64,000 nt of DNA, taken from NCBI GenBank assembly GCA_963834255.1, contig CAWIBC010000009.1, positions 12,924-76,923 on the forward strand, written 5' to 3'. Below the pieces are notes generated by a model. It had not been told where the DNA came from. It saw nothing but the letters and a program-made list of their open reading frames with translations, and made no database searches. Source of the DNA: an uncultured Verrucomicrobiae bacterium. GTDB taxonomy: Bacteria > Verrucomicrobiota > Verrucomicrobiia > Chthoniobacterales > UBA10450. Below, in pieces: positions 47,593 to 56,352 of the stretch. Made by a program: the position numbers and the translations under genes. Every line of letters starts with the position of its first letter. Positions within the stretch are counted from its first letter, which is position 1.

Positions 47593-48033
47593 ATGAAGAA
47601 CAAAAAAGACACGGTTGATCCGGGCGCGGTCGAGGACCACGGCGGCATCCTCACCATCCGCGGCGGCGGCGCGCGCCGGGATTGGAACGGCATTCACTAT
47701 AAACAAGGGATGTCGGCCAAGAACGTCGGCACGACCAAGCTCTCGGCCAACATCGCGACTATCCCGCCGGGCGGGGTGGCCTACGCGCACATTCACGTCG
47801 GCTTCGAGCTCATCCTCTACATCCTGGAAGGCAAAGTGCGGCACGAGTTCGGTGCCGGCCTAACGAAAACGATCGAGAACGAGGCGGGCGACTTCATTTA
47901 CATCCAGCCGGGCGTGCCGCATGAAGTCTTCAACATGAGCGAGACAGAGCCTGTCGTTGCTTTTGTCGCGCGCTCCTCGGCGGAGGAGTGGGATAACATT
48001 ATTCCTTACGAACGGCCGCCGACGAAGAGCTAA
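47593..48033 (+). CDS. cupin domain protein
   Basis: IPPGGVAYAHIHVGFELILYILEG....GDFIYIQPGVPHEV. Confidence 0.7.
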   Translation: MKNKKDTVDPGAVEDHGGILTIRGGGARRDWNGIHYKQGMSAKNVGTTKLSANIATIPPGGVAYAHIHVGFELILYILEGKVRHEFGAGLTKTIENEAGDFIYIQPGVPHEVFNMSETEPVVAFVARSSAEEWDNIIPYERPPTKS

Positions 48034-48071
48034 AGATCGCTCTGCCGGCGCGGCTGAGACACCGCCAGCCA

Positions 48072-49859
48072 TCACCGGCTCTTATTACCGGCGACCTCAA
48101 ATCCATGTAGGAATTCTTCGACGGTGCCGCGGTGTTCCTGCAAAAGAGATCGATAGGTCCAGGCCAAAAACTGAATCGAGCCGGAAGCGTCGCTATAGTA
48201 GTGAATATAGTAAGATAACGGGAGATCGTTCACGTTCGCTTCAACCTCACGGAAGAGCATGTTCACCCCGTTGATGTCGTGCGAACCCTCGCGGGTCACC
48301 TGCGCTCCCGGATCAAGTCTTCTTATATGGTCGAGGCCGAGCTGGGCCATTCGTGGCGGAGGCATTTGAATTCGTTCCGCGATGACTTTGCACCAGACCT
48401 CCCCGCTTTTGTGGACATATCCAAGTTCGCCCGGGCCGGTGGCGACACTCTTCTCCGCCTGCCATGTCGCGGGACTGTAGTGCAAGACCGCCGCCCCCTT
48501 GAGCAGTGGCGCTGAGGCCCGGCCGCTGGCGCCGGTCCCGGAAGAAAGTTCCGCAAACCCGTTGAGAAACTGTTCGATCGTGCTGCGATGTTCGCCCAAC
48601 AAGGACCGACCGGTCCAGCCGACAAACTGGATCGAGCCGGAGGGGCCGCTGTGGTAGTGAATGTAATAGATAAGAGGAACCCCGCTGGGAGTCGCTTCGA
48701 CCTCTCGGTAGGCCATTCCGCTTCCGTTGACCTCGCGATATCCTTCGCGCGTGACTTGCGCGTTCGGATCCAGTTGCCGGATTTGCGCGAGATTTAGTTC
48801 GACGAGGCGTTCGAGCGGAATTTCAATGCGTTCGGCGACCACTTTGAGCCAGACCTCGCCGCTTTTATGCTGGTATTGGAATTGACCGGACGGCGTGGTC
48901 ACGGTCGGGTCGACGTGCCAGAGCGCCGGGTCGTAGCGAATCACAGCCCGGCCATTGAGCAGCGGAACGGAAGTAAATTCAGGCACCTTGGTTAGGGCCG
49001 GGCTGGCGCTTGGACCAGGCACGGGTCTGGGCATATCCGGGTCCGGCGCGATCAGCCCGTCGAGCGCGGCGATAAATCCAATCAAGCCGAGAATCGCGAC
49101 ACTCGTCCCCAGGATCCATCCCCTTTTGGTCCGTTGAAATCTGCTCTCGCGCCAGGAGATGATGCCCATGACCAGCCCTATGACCGCAATAATGGCCAAC
49201 CCGACGCGACCGGATCGGTCAAGATCCTTTGCACTCAGCCCCATGGGCGCGATCACGACCAGGACGGCGCCGATGGTGCCTGTGACGACACCAAAGATGC
49301 CCTTCTTTGCCACCGGACGGGACGAATCGTGATCCTCCGAGAGCGACGGCTTGTGCGAAGCGATTGGCTGAAAGCCAGCTTTCTCCAGGGTCTTGCAAAT
49401 GCGGTCGAGATCATAGTGCCAGTCGCCGTCGCGAAGCTTGAGCGCATTGAGATCCGCCAGCGGGCGCAGCTCGGTCGGTAGTTCGTCCGCGCCCGGCATC
49501 TGCGCGTTCTCCAACAGCACTGGGAGAATGGTCGCTCCGTCCTTCAGGCCATCCGCGATTTCGAGCCGAAGGGGATCATCGTCATCCTCCAGGCGTCGTT
49601 GTCCACGGGCGTCCCGGGCATCGGCCCAATCTTTATCGATCAGCACGAGGAGAGCAGAGTCCTCGTCAATTTCCTCCAGCACGTGCTCTTTCCAGGAGAC
49701 GCCTCCCTCGATCGCTTCCTTGTCTCGGAAGATAAGTTCTTCGCCGAAATGACGGCGCAATTCACGGCTGAGTGCGCCCGCGGCATACTCCGCTTCCGTC
49801 CGACGGTAGCTGATGAAAATTCTTCGGATGGCCGAATCCTCCAGTAAAACCTATGGCAT
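48072..49859 (-). CDS. TIR domain - 3 TM helices - tandem duplicated extracytoplasmic domain protein; in-frame TAG at codon 3 (or non-canonical start)
   Basis: The track ORF starts at TTG 49760, but the frame stays open upstream and encodes the TIR start (RRIFISYRRTEAEYAAGALSRELRRHFG...). Upstream in frame is ATG(49859)-CCA-TAG(49853-49851). TM helices are GIFGVVTGTIGAVLVVIAPMG, VGLAIIAVIGLVMGIISW and ILGTSVAILGLIGFIAAL. The C-terminal ~125-aa module is repeated twice (HKSGEVW.KV.AERI..P..R......IR.LDP.AQVTREG....NG....REVEA......L.YYIHY.S..SGSIQF..WT.RSLL.EHR.T.E.FL.GF). Confidence 0.65.
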
Positions 49860-50444
49860 GGGAGTAAGCGGGGGGTTCCTGCCTAACGAATAAAAATTAC
49901 AGACCACTTTGGAAAGGTCAATCTGCAATGCGTCGCCAAAAGCTCACCGTAAAAAAGCTGTCAACCCGAGCCCGGTCTTCGAAATGGTAACTCCGGCCGC
50001 GCGGCCAGAGTCCCGTCATCGATAACCGCGTTCACTCGCGAGAAGTATCCCGGCTAAAGCCAACGTGGAGGGAAGCAACATCCGCAGCCCGGACTGAACT
50101 GAGGCCCGACAGGACAGTAGCTTTCGTTAGGCTAGCAATCTCAAGATACCGGGAAAAGAGACGAAGAGAAATTCCAGCCTTGCCAGAAGAACCCGGTCTG
50201 GGTCAAGCGAAGGTTTGTATGTTCCTCGGCGATGACAGCGGACAGGCCAATTGACCGTTCAGCCGTCAGCGGCGGCCTCGATTTTCCCAAGGTCCCCGCA
50301 ATCCGTCACTGCGCGGACTGATCGCCGCGTTTCCTGTGCATCCGAAAGACCTCGGTTGTCGGATATCGTCACAGCTTGGGGGTTAATTCCGTCCAAAATC
50401 GGAGCCACCAGGCCAAACCCGTAAAATTAGAAAGAAAATAAGTT

Positions 50445-51317
50445 ATGCTCAAAACAATCTTGATGATCGCGTCGTTAGCCGCGGTCCTTCCTGCCACTTC
50501 CCAGGCCCAGGTGAACAACACCAGCTCGAGCATTCGCGGCTCCGCTGTCGAATCAATCAGTCGCAACGTCAACCCGCGCGTAAAGGCCTTTGGCCTAACG
50601 ACCGATCAGCGGCTGATTGGGTTTAAATCAAGCGCGCCGCAACGGGCGCGAACGATCGGACCGATCCAGGGATTGATCGATGACACGGCGCTCGTCGGGA
50701 TGGATTTCCGCGTCCAGAACGGTCTCCTTTACGGTGTGGGAAACCAGGGCGGCATCTACACCATTGATACGACCAGCGGCGTCGCGACCTTCGTCAACCG
50801 GCTCAGCATTGCCCTGACCGGCACCTCCTTTGGGGTAGACTTCAACCCGGCCGCCGATCGCCTGCGCATCATTAGCAACGACGGACAAAACCTGCGTCAC
50901 GACGTCAACCCCGCCGGCGTCACGATCGCCGATGGCCGGCTTAATTACGTCGTCGGAACAGACGCACTCGGCATTGTCAGCGCGGCTTACACGAATAACG
51001 ACCTCGACACCAACACTGCGACCACGCTTTACGTGATCGACTCCATCCTCGACCAGGTCGTCCTGCAATCGCCTGCCAATGCCGGCACGCTCGCCGCCAC
51101 CGGTAAGTTGACCGTGGACACTGGCACAGATGTCGGCTTCGACATCTTCAGCACGCTCAGCGGCGGTGTGACGGTTGAAGTCCAGGGCTTCGCCTCGCTC
51201 GTTGATAGCGTCGGAATGGCGAGCTTCTACAGCATCAGCCTCCCGACCGGCAAAGCCGAGTTGCTTGGCGCCTTCCGCGCCGAGGACCAGGTGATCGACA
51301 TCGCCATCCCGCTCTAA
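50445..51317 (+). CDS. DUF4394 domain-containing secreted protein
   Basis: Signal peptide MLKTILMIASLAAVLPATSQA. Motifs ...LVGMDFRVQNGLLYGVG..GGIYTID...FGVDFNPAADRLRIIS..GQNLR...LYVID.... Confidence 0.7.
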   Translation: MLKTILMIASLAAVLPATSQAQVNNTSSSIRGSAVESISRNVNPRVKAFGLTTDQRLIGFKSSAPQRARTIGPIQGLIDDTALVGMDFRVQNGLLYGVGNQGGIYTIDTTSGVATFVNRLSIALTGTSFGVDFNPAADRLRIISNDGQNLRHDVNPAGVTIADGRLNYVVGTDALGIVSAAYTNNDLDTNTATTLYVIDSILDQVVLQSPANAGTLAATGKLTVDTGTDVGFDIFSTLSGGVTVEVQGFASLVDSVGMASFYSISLPTGKAELLGAFRAEDQVIDIAIPL

Positions 51318-51374
51318 ACGGGCAGCTATCGTTAGTCTCGAAGGCCTTCGTGGGAAACCGCGAAGGCCTTTTCG

Positions 51375-53114
51375 CTACTCCGCGCCGGCCGGCTCGGCGA
51401 AGCCAGTCGTCTCCGCCATCACTTCGTCGGTCTGCGTCACCCGCACGACTTCTTCGATCGTCGTTTTGCCTTCCATCACGCGCCGCCAGCCGTCCTGGCG
51501 CAGGGTCAGCATCCCCTGGGCGATGGCGGTTTGCTTGAGCTCGCCACCGTCGCGCTTTTGCATGATGAGACGCTTCAGCGGCTCGGTCACGACACAGATT
51601 TCGTAGATCGCGAGGCGGCCCTGGTAGCCGGTCTGGCGACAATTTTCGCAGCCCGCGCCGCGCCGGAAAGTGAGTCCGTGGTCGAGCGGAAAGTTTATTT
51701 CTTCGAGATACTCTTTCGGATATTCGACCTTCTCCGCGCAATCGGGGCAGACCGTGCGGACGAGTCGTTGGGCCAGGAATGCTTTCACGACCGAGGCGAG
51801 GAGGAAGGGCTCGACGTCCATGTCGAGCAAACGGGTGATGCCGCCGACCGCGTCGTTCGTATGCAGGGTGCTGAAGACGAGGTGACCCGTCATGGCCGCG
51901 CGAATCGAGATGTCGGCCGTCTCGACGTCGCGGATTTCTCCGACCATCACGACGTTCGGGTCCTGCCGCAGAATGTGGCGCAGGCCCTTGGCAAAGGTGA
52001 GGTCGATCTCCGGTTTCACGTCGATCTGCGAGACGCCGGGCAGGCGATATTCGACCGGTTCCTCGATCGTGATGATGCGGCGCTGGACGGAGTTGATGCT
52101 GCTGAGGAAACAATAAAGCGAAGTCGATTTGCCCGAGCCGGTCGGGCCGGTGACGAGAACGATTCCGTTAGGCTGGGCAAGCAGCGCCTTCATGATCCGC
52201 GTCTGCTCCGGGCTCAGGTCGAGGCGTTCGAAACCGAACGCTTTTTGCTGGTCGCGCGCGAGCAGACGCAGGCTGATCGATTCACCGTTGACGGTTGGGA
52301 TGGTGGAAACGCGCACGTCGATGGTTTGCTCGGCCGATTGCAGGTTGATGCGGCCGTCCTGCGGCAAACGGCGCTCGGCGATGTCCATGTGCGCCATCAC
52401 TTTCAGGCGCGAGATGATGGCCGATTGCAGGAGGCGCAATTGCGGCGGAACCGCGACTTCGTGCAGGATGCCGTCGATGCGATAACGAATGCGCAGATCG
52501 TTCTCGAGCGGTTCGACGTGGATGTCGGTCGCGCGTTCGTGGATCGCTTCGCGGATGATCTGGTTGACGAACTTCACCACCGACGCTTCCGGGTCGTCGG
52601 CGTTCAGGTCGGTGCTCGTCTCGATGTCCTGGAGCGCTTCAAAGGAGCGATTCGTCTTGAGGATTTCGTCAAACGTTTCCGCCCCGACGCCGTAAAGCGT
52701 TTTCATCGCGCGCAGGATTTGCGCGCGCGGGACGAGGACCCACTCCGCCGGTTTATCCAGCAGCTGCGAGGCGAGCTGGCGCCCGGTCGAGTTAAACAAA
52801 TCGTAGGTCGCGAGGACGACGGCGTTGTCCTTGATCTCGATCGGCAGGATGTGGTGCTGGAAAACAAAACGGCTCGGCAGCACCAGCAAGGTCGCGCGCT
52901 CGATGCTCTTGGCGTCGATCGAGATGACCGGGACGCTGAAAAAATCGCCGATCGCTTTCAGGAAAAGCTGTTCGTCGACTTTGCCGGAATTGAGGACGTC
53001 GGCCGTCCAGGAGTTGCCGTTGAGATTGGCCGCGAGCGCGGTCGCTTCGTCCCGCGATGGGACGCCGCTGGCGAGAAGGATGTCGACGAGTGATTTACTC
53101 AGTGCCGGACTCAT
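51375..53114 (-). CDS. pilB: type IV pilus assembly (extension) ATPase PilB / GspE family
   Basis: N-terminal GSPII-type domain, Walker A GPTGSGKST, GEIRD, GHLVFSTLHTNDA, and the tetracysteine CPDC...CENC. Confidence 0.9.
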   Translation of the reverse strand: MSPALSKSLVDILLASGVPSRDEATALAANLNGNSWTADVLNSGKVDEQLFLKAIGDFFSVPVISIDAKSIERATLLVLPSRFVFQHHILPIEIKDNAVVLATYDLFNSTGRQLASQLLDKPAEWVLVPRAQILRAMKTLYGVGAETFDEILKTNRSFEALQDIETSTDLNADDPEASVVKFVNQIIREAIHERATDIHVEPLENDLRIRYRIDGILHEVAVPPQLRLLQSAIISRLKVMAHMDIAERRLPQDGRINLQSAEQTIDVRVSTIPTVNGESISLRLLARDQQKAFGFERLDLSPEQTRIMKALLAQPNGIVLVTGPTGSGKSTSLYCFLSSINSVQRRIITIEEPVEYRLPGVSQIDVKPEIDLTFAKGLRHILRQDPNVVMVGEIRDVETADISIRAAMTGHLVFSTLHTNDAVGGITRLLDMDVEPFLLASVVKAFLAQRLVRTVCPDCAEKVEYPKEYLEEINFPLDHGLTFRRGAGCENCRQTGYQGRLAIYEICVVTEPLKRLIMQKRDGGELKQTAIAQGMLTLRQDGWRRVMEGKTTIEEVVRVTQTDEVMAETTGFAEPAGAE

Positions 53115-53123
53115 GCTGCAAAT

Positions 53124-53519
53124 CTACGGCAAATGCAGCGCGCGGCGAACCCCGAGAGTCAGGGTTCCGGTGACGGTCTGCGAATAATTTTTCTGCATGC
53201 GCGCGATCGCGACACTGACCTCGGCAGAGAAGATGCCGTCGATCGGGCCGCAATAATAACCATTGCGGTACAAAGCGGTCTGGAGCGCGCCGACGTAAGC
53301 GACATCGCCGGCCAGCGTTTGGCTCGGGATTAAGTAATAGGCCCAACGCGACGGATAGCGCGGCGCGAAGTCGGTGCGATTCACGTGCGGGCTTTGATGC
53401 AAACGCCCGAACTCATCGGTCTGGGCCAGGGGGTCGGTGTAGAACGAAAATCGATCCGCCTGCGCGCAGATCGGCAGGAGGCAGGATGAAACCAGGAGCA
53501 GGATCAAAAAGCGGCGCAT
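53124..53519 (-). CDS. secreted/lipoprotein with peptidoglycan-binding (PG_binding_1) domain
   Basis: Signal peptide MRRFLILLLVSSCLLPICA. VGALQTALYRNGYYCGPIDGIFSAEVSVAIARMQKNY..TVTGTL. Confidence 0.6.
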   Translation of the reverse strand: MRRFLILLLVSSCLLPICAQADRFSFYTDPLAQTDEFGRLHQSPHVNRTDFAPRYPSRWAYYLIPSQTLAGDVAYVGALQTALYRNGYYCGPIDGIFSAEVSVAIARMQKNYSQTVTGTLTLGVRRALHLP

Positions 53520-53532
53520 AACGACAAGCAGT

Positions 53533-55848
53533 TTATTTTACCATCGGCAGGTCCGGCGGTGGCAAAGCCTTGCCATCGAGCACCGGCGGGCAATCGGGAC
53601 AATCGTCTTCTTCCAACTCGGGACCGAAATGCGTCTTGCTCTCCTGCTTCTCACGCAGGCGATACATGTCGAGCTTCGTCAGCGTCACTTCCGGCCGCAT
53701 GAGAACGATGAGCTCGTTGCGTTCCTTGGTTTTGTTCGTGGTGCTGAAGAGCGCCCCGACGACCGGGAGGCGACTCAGAATCGGGAAGCCGCTGCGGGCG
53801 CGGTCGTTGCGATCCATGATCAGGCCGCCGAGGACGACAGTCGATCGGTTAGGCGCGGCGACGGTGGTCTTGATGTAGCGAGTCGAGATATTGGGAATGT
53901 CGTTGTTATCGATCCGGGTGGTGCCGGCGACGCTGTCGACCTTTTGCAGGATATCGAGCGAGACTTCATTCTCGGAGTTGATCAGCGGCACGACCTCAAG
54001 CTGGAGCGCGACCTTCTTGAACTCGATGTTCGACTGCTGCGAGAGCCCGGTGCTGATCAGGCTGGTGCCGGTCGAGGCGCTCAGGGTGCTGACCGGGACG
54101 GGAATTTCGGTGCCGGAAGCGATGATCGCCTTCTTGTTGTTGCTCGTGAAAACGGTTGGCCGCGAGATGGTGCGGAAACGCCCGGACGATTCCAGCGCGC
54201 GAACGATCGCGGCCAGGGTGTTGCCGGCCGCGACATAGGCCGTCGCCCCACTGGTATTACCGAGGGCGCTGCTAAAGGCGGGGAAAGTGATCAGGCTGGC
54301 CGGGTCAATAATCGACGCGCCGGTATTCCTGAGGCCGCCACCGACCCCGACATCGGGGCTTTGCGCGATGTTGTTTTTCTTGAACTGGAGCAGGTAATCA
54401 ATCCCGAACTCTTCTTCATTATTCAGGCGCAGTTCGCCGATGACCGTGCTGAGGGCGACCTGCGGCGCTTTCACGTCCATCTCGTCGAGGATCGCCGTCA
54501 CCTTGCTCACCACTTCGCGGGTACCGAGGACGATGATGGTGTTGGCGCGGGCGTCGGCGATCAGCTTGGTGTTGCCGACCGTGACCGATTGCGGGGTGGT
54601 GTCGGTCGGTTCGGTCGAAAGCTGCTCACTGACCTGGAGCGTGCTCTCACCGCCGGTGCCGGTGTTGTCGGTCAATGGTTGATTGTTAGGCAGATTCTGG
54701 TTCCGCTGCTGGTTGCGCTGATTGGGATTGAGCCCCTGCTGGCCTTGTTGTCCCTGGTCGCCGGGCTCGGTCAGGGCGTTCACCAAAACCTGCAGCACAT
54801 CGGCCGCCGCGATGTATTTCAAGGGCCGCACGACGGGCTCGCCAAACTCCACGTTGGCGTCAAACTCGGCGATGAGCTTTTCGATAAACGGGAGGTTCAC
54901 CGGCCGGGTGATGACGTGGATGCGGTTGGTCCGGACATCGGCTTCGAGCTTGATTTTGCCGACGATGAGCGAGTCCTCCGACAGAACCGCTCCGCTGTCA
55001 TCCTCGGCGATCTGCTGCTGCGGATTACCGGGCGGAACCACTCCGCGCACCCGCCGCGCGACCGGTTGGCCGGCCTGGTCGCCCTTGTCGAAAATCTCCT
55101 TCAACATGTCGACCACCTTTTGCGCATCGGCCCGCTCGAGTTTGATGAAGAGGCTCGTCACTTCGGCCGGAGCGACGTCGATCTGCTCGACCATCGCCAC
55201 CAGCTTGCGCAGCACGTCCGCGCTCTGGGTGATGAGGAGGCTGGAAGATTTCGGAAGAGCGAGAATCGGCGCCTGGCCGCCAATGCCGGCGAGGTACTGG
55301 GAGAGGACCTGCTGCAATTCCTGGGTATCGGCGTAGTTCAGCCGGAAAAGATAACTCACCACCATCGCGCCCGTCGGGAGGTCGGCCGGGTCGGAGATGA
55401 TCGGGACGGCGGCGGCGCGCGGATTCTTGTTCACCCCAATGACCTCGACGATGTCACCTGTGGCCGGGACGAGGGAAAAGCCGTTCAAGGCCAGGTTCAT
55501 CTCGATGATGGTGATGGCTTCTTCGCGCGGGATCGGCTTGGCGAGGAAGATGTTCACTTTGCCCTGGACGTTGTTGTCCATGACGAGCTTTTTGCCGGTC
55601 AGGTTTTCGTAGAGGCGCAGGACGTCGAGCACGTCGCTGTTGGGGTATTGCATCGTCACCATGTCGGCCGTGCGCGTGGCGGTGCCGGGCCGGGCCGGTT
55701 GCACGCCGGGTCGAGGCGGAACGAACGGGGTTGCGGCGGGCACCTGGCCGGGCAACGCCTCGGTGAAAAGAAGGAACGGAACGAGGCAGCAAAGGAAGCG
55801 GCGAAGCACGGGCTGTATGTAATTGTTTGGCAAGCGGAGGTCAACCAT
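53533..55848 (-). CDS. pilQ: type IV pilus / type II secretion family secretin (PilQ/GspD)
   Basis: 771 aa. N0/N1-type repeats (VLRLYENLTGKKLV..., ...IIVLGT). C-terminal secretin core TVVLGGLI......SGFPILSRLPVVGALF......R.ELIVLMRP. Confidence 0.85.
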   Translation of the reverse strand: MVDLRLPNNYIQPVLRRFLCCLVPFLLFTEALPGQVPAATPFVPPRPGVQPARPGTATRTADMVTMQYPNSDVLDVLRLYENLTGKKLVMDNNVQGKVNIFLAKPIPREEAITIIEMNLALNGFSLVPATGDIVEVIGVNKNPRAAAVPIISDPADLPTGAMVVSYLFRLNYADTQELQQVLSQYLAGIGGQAPILALPKSSSLLITQSADVLRKLVAMVEQIDVAPAEVTSLFIKLERADAQKVVDMLKEIFDKGDQAGQPVARRVRGVVPPGNPQQQIAEDDSGAVLSEDSLIVGKIKLEADVRTNRIHVITRPVNLPFIEKLIAEFDANVEFGEPVVRPLKYIAAADVLQVLVNALTEPGDQGQQGQQGLNPNQRNQQRNQNLPNNQPLTDNTGTGGESTLQVSEQLSTEPTDTTPQSVTVGNTKLIADARANTIIVLGTREVVSKVTAILDEMDVKAPQVALSTVIGELRLNNEEEFGIDYLLQFKKNNIAQSPDVGVGGGLRNTGASIIDPASLITFPAFSSALGNTSGATAYVAAGNTLAAIVRALESSGRFRTISRPTVFTSNNKKAIIASGTEIPVPVSTLSASTGTSLISTGLSQQSNIEFKKVALQLEVVPLINSENEVSLDILQKVDSVAGTTRIDNNDIPNISTRYIKTTVAAPNRSTVVLGGLIMDRNDRARSGFPILSRLPVVGALFSTTNKTKERNELIVLMRPEVTLTKLDMYRLREKQESKTHFGPELEEDDCPDCPPVLDGKALPPPDLPMVK

Positions 55849-55902
55849 TTAGCCGAGGGGAGAAAGCTCGACCGGCCGCGCCCGGCGCGGAATGATCGGC
55901 TC

Positions 55903-56340
55903 ATGCGGCCGTTTCGCTTTCTCCTTCTCGTCGTTTCGTTAGGCATCTCCCTCCCCGCTTCCGCGCCCGCCGCCGCCGATCCGTCGGTGGCGATCCGCGA
56001 CCTGCTCGCGCAACAGGCGGCGGCCTGGAACCGGGGCGAGATCGACGCCTTCATGGCCGGCTACGCCCGTTCGCCCGAGACCACGTTTGTTTCCGGCAAC
56101 GAGGTGACCCACGGCTGGCAGACGGTGCGCGATCGTTATGCCAAAAAATACGACAGCCGGGAAAAAATGGGCCGGCTGACTTTCTCCCGCCTAACGATCA
56201 CGCCGCTCTGCGACGATTCCGCGATGGTCCTGGGCAGTTGGCGGCTGGAACGCAAAGAAGATCAGCCGCAGGGGAAGTTTACCCTCCTCCTGCGCAAGCT
56301 GCCGGAAGGTTGGCGCATTGTGATGGATCACACCTCATGA
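55903..56340 (+). CDS. SnoaL-like/DUF4440 (NTF2-fold) protein with signal peptide
   Basis: ATG 55903 within the long antisense ORF frame. ...IRDLLAQQAAAWNRGEIDAFMAGYA......GW..VRDRY......L.F......L.D..A...G.W.L....P.G.FTLL.RK...GWRIV.DH. Confidence 0.65.
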   Translation: MRPFRFLLLVVSLGISLPASAPAAADPSVAIRDLLAQQAAAWNRGEIDAFMAGYARSPETTFVSGNEVTHGWQTVRDRYAKKYDSREKMGRLTFSRLTITPLCDDSAMVLGSWRLERKEDQPQGKFTLLLRKLPEGWRIVMDHTS

Positions 56341-56352
56341 GGAACAGGAAAA

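Noticed and set aside
49860-50444. Housekeeping ncRNA (RNase P RNA, tmRNA, SRP RNA, cobalamin riboswitch) in the long intergenic gap.
   Set aside because: None of the conserved cores I know is present (GAGGAAAGUCCGGGC, the tmRNA tRNA-like end, the SRP GGAAGCAGCC helix 8 motif, the B12 box). The region is kept only as an unexplained gap.
51339-51374. Possible bidirectional terminator between the DUF4394 gene and pilB, with two direct copies of CGAAGGCCTT.
   Set aside because: Only a 6-bp AAGGCC/GGCCTT stem with an 18-nt loop and a 4-T run can be drawn, which is too weak to call.
53629-56340. 903-aa ORF on the + strand, plus similar long ORFs at 12005..13399, 29242..30537, 34911..36587, 38907..40178, 40419..41867 and 51531..53093.
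   Set aside because: - They run antisense to well-supported genes (pilQ, glyQS, MFS, secreted protein, rng, mrdA, pilB).
- Their translations are Arg/Asp/Gly/Ala-rich low-complexity strings typical of stop-poor antisense frames in high-GC DNA.
- Only the last 145 codons of 53629..56340 (from ATG 55903) look like a real protein.
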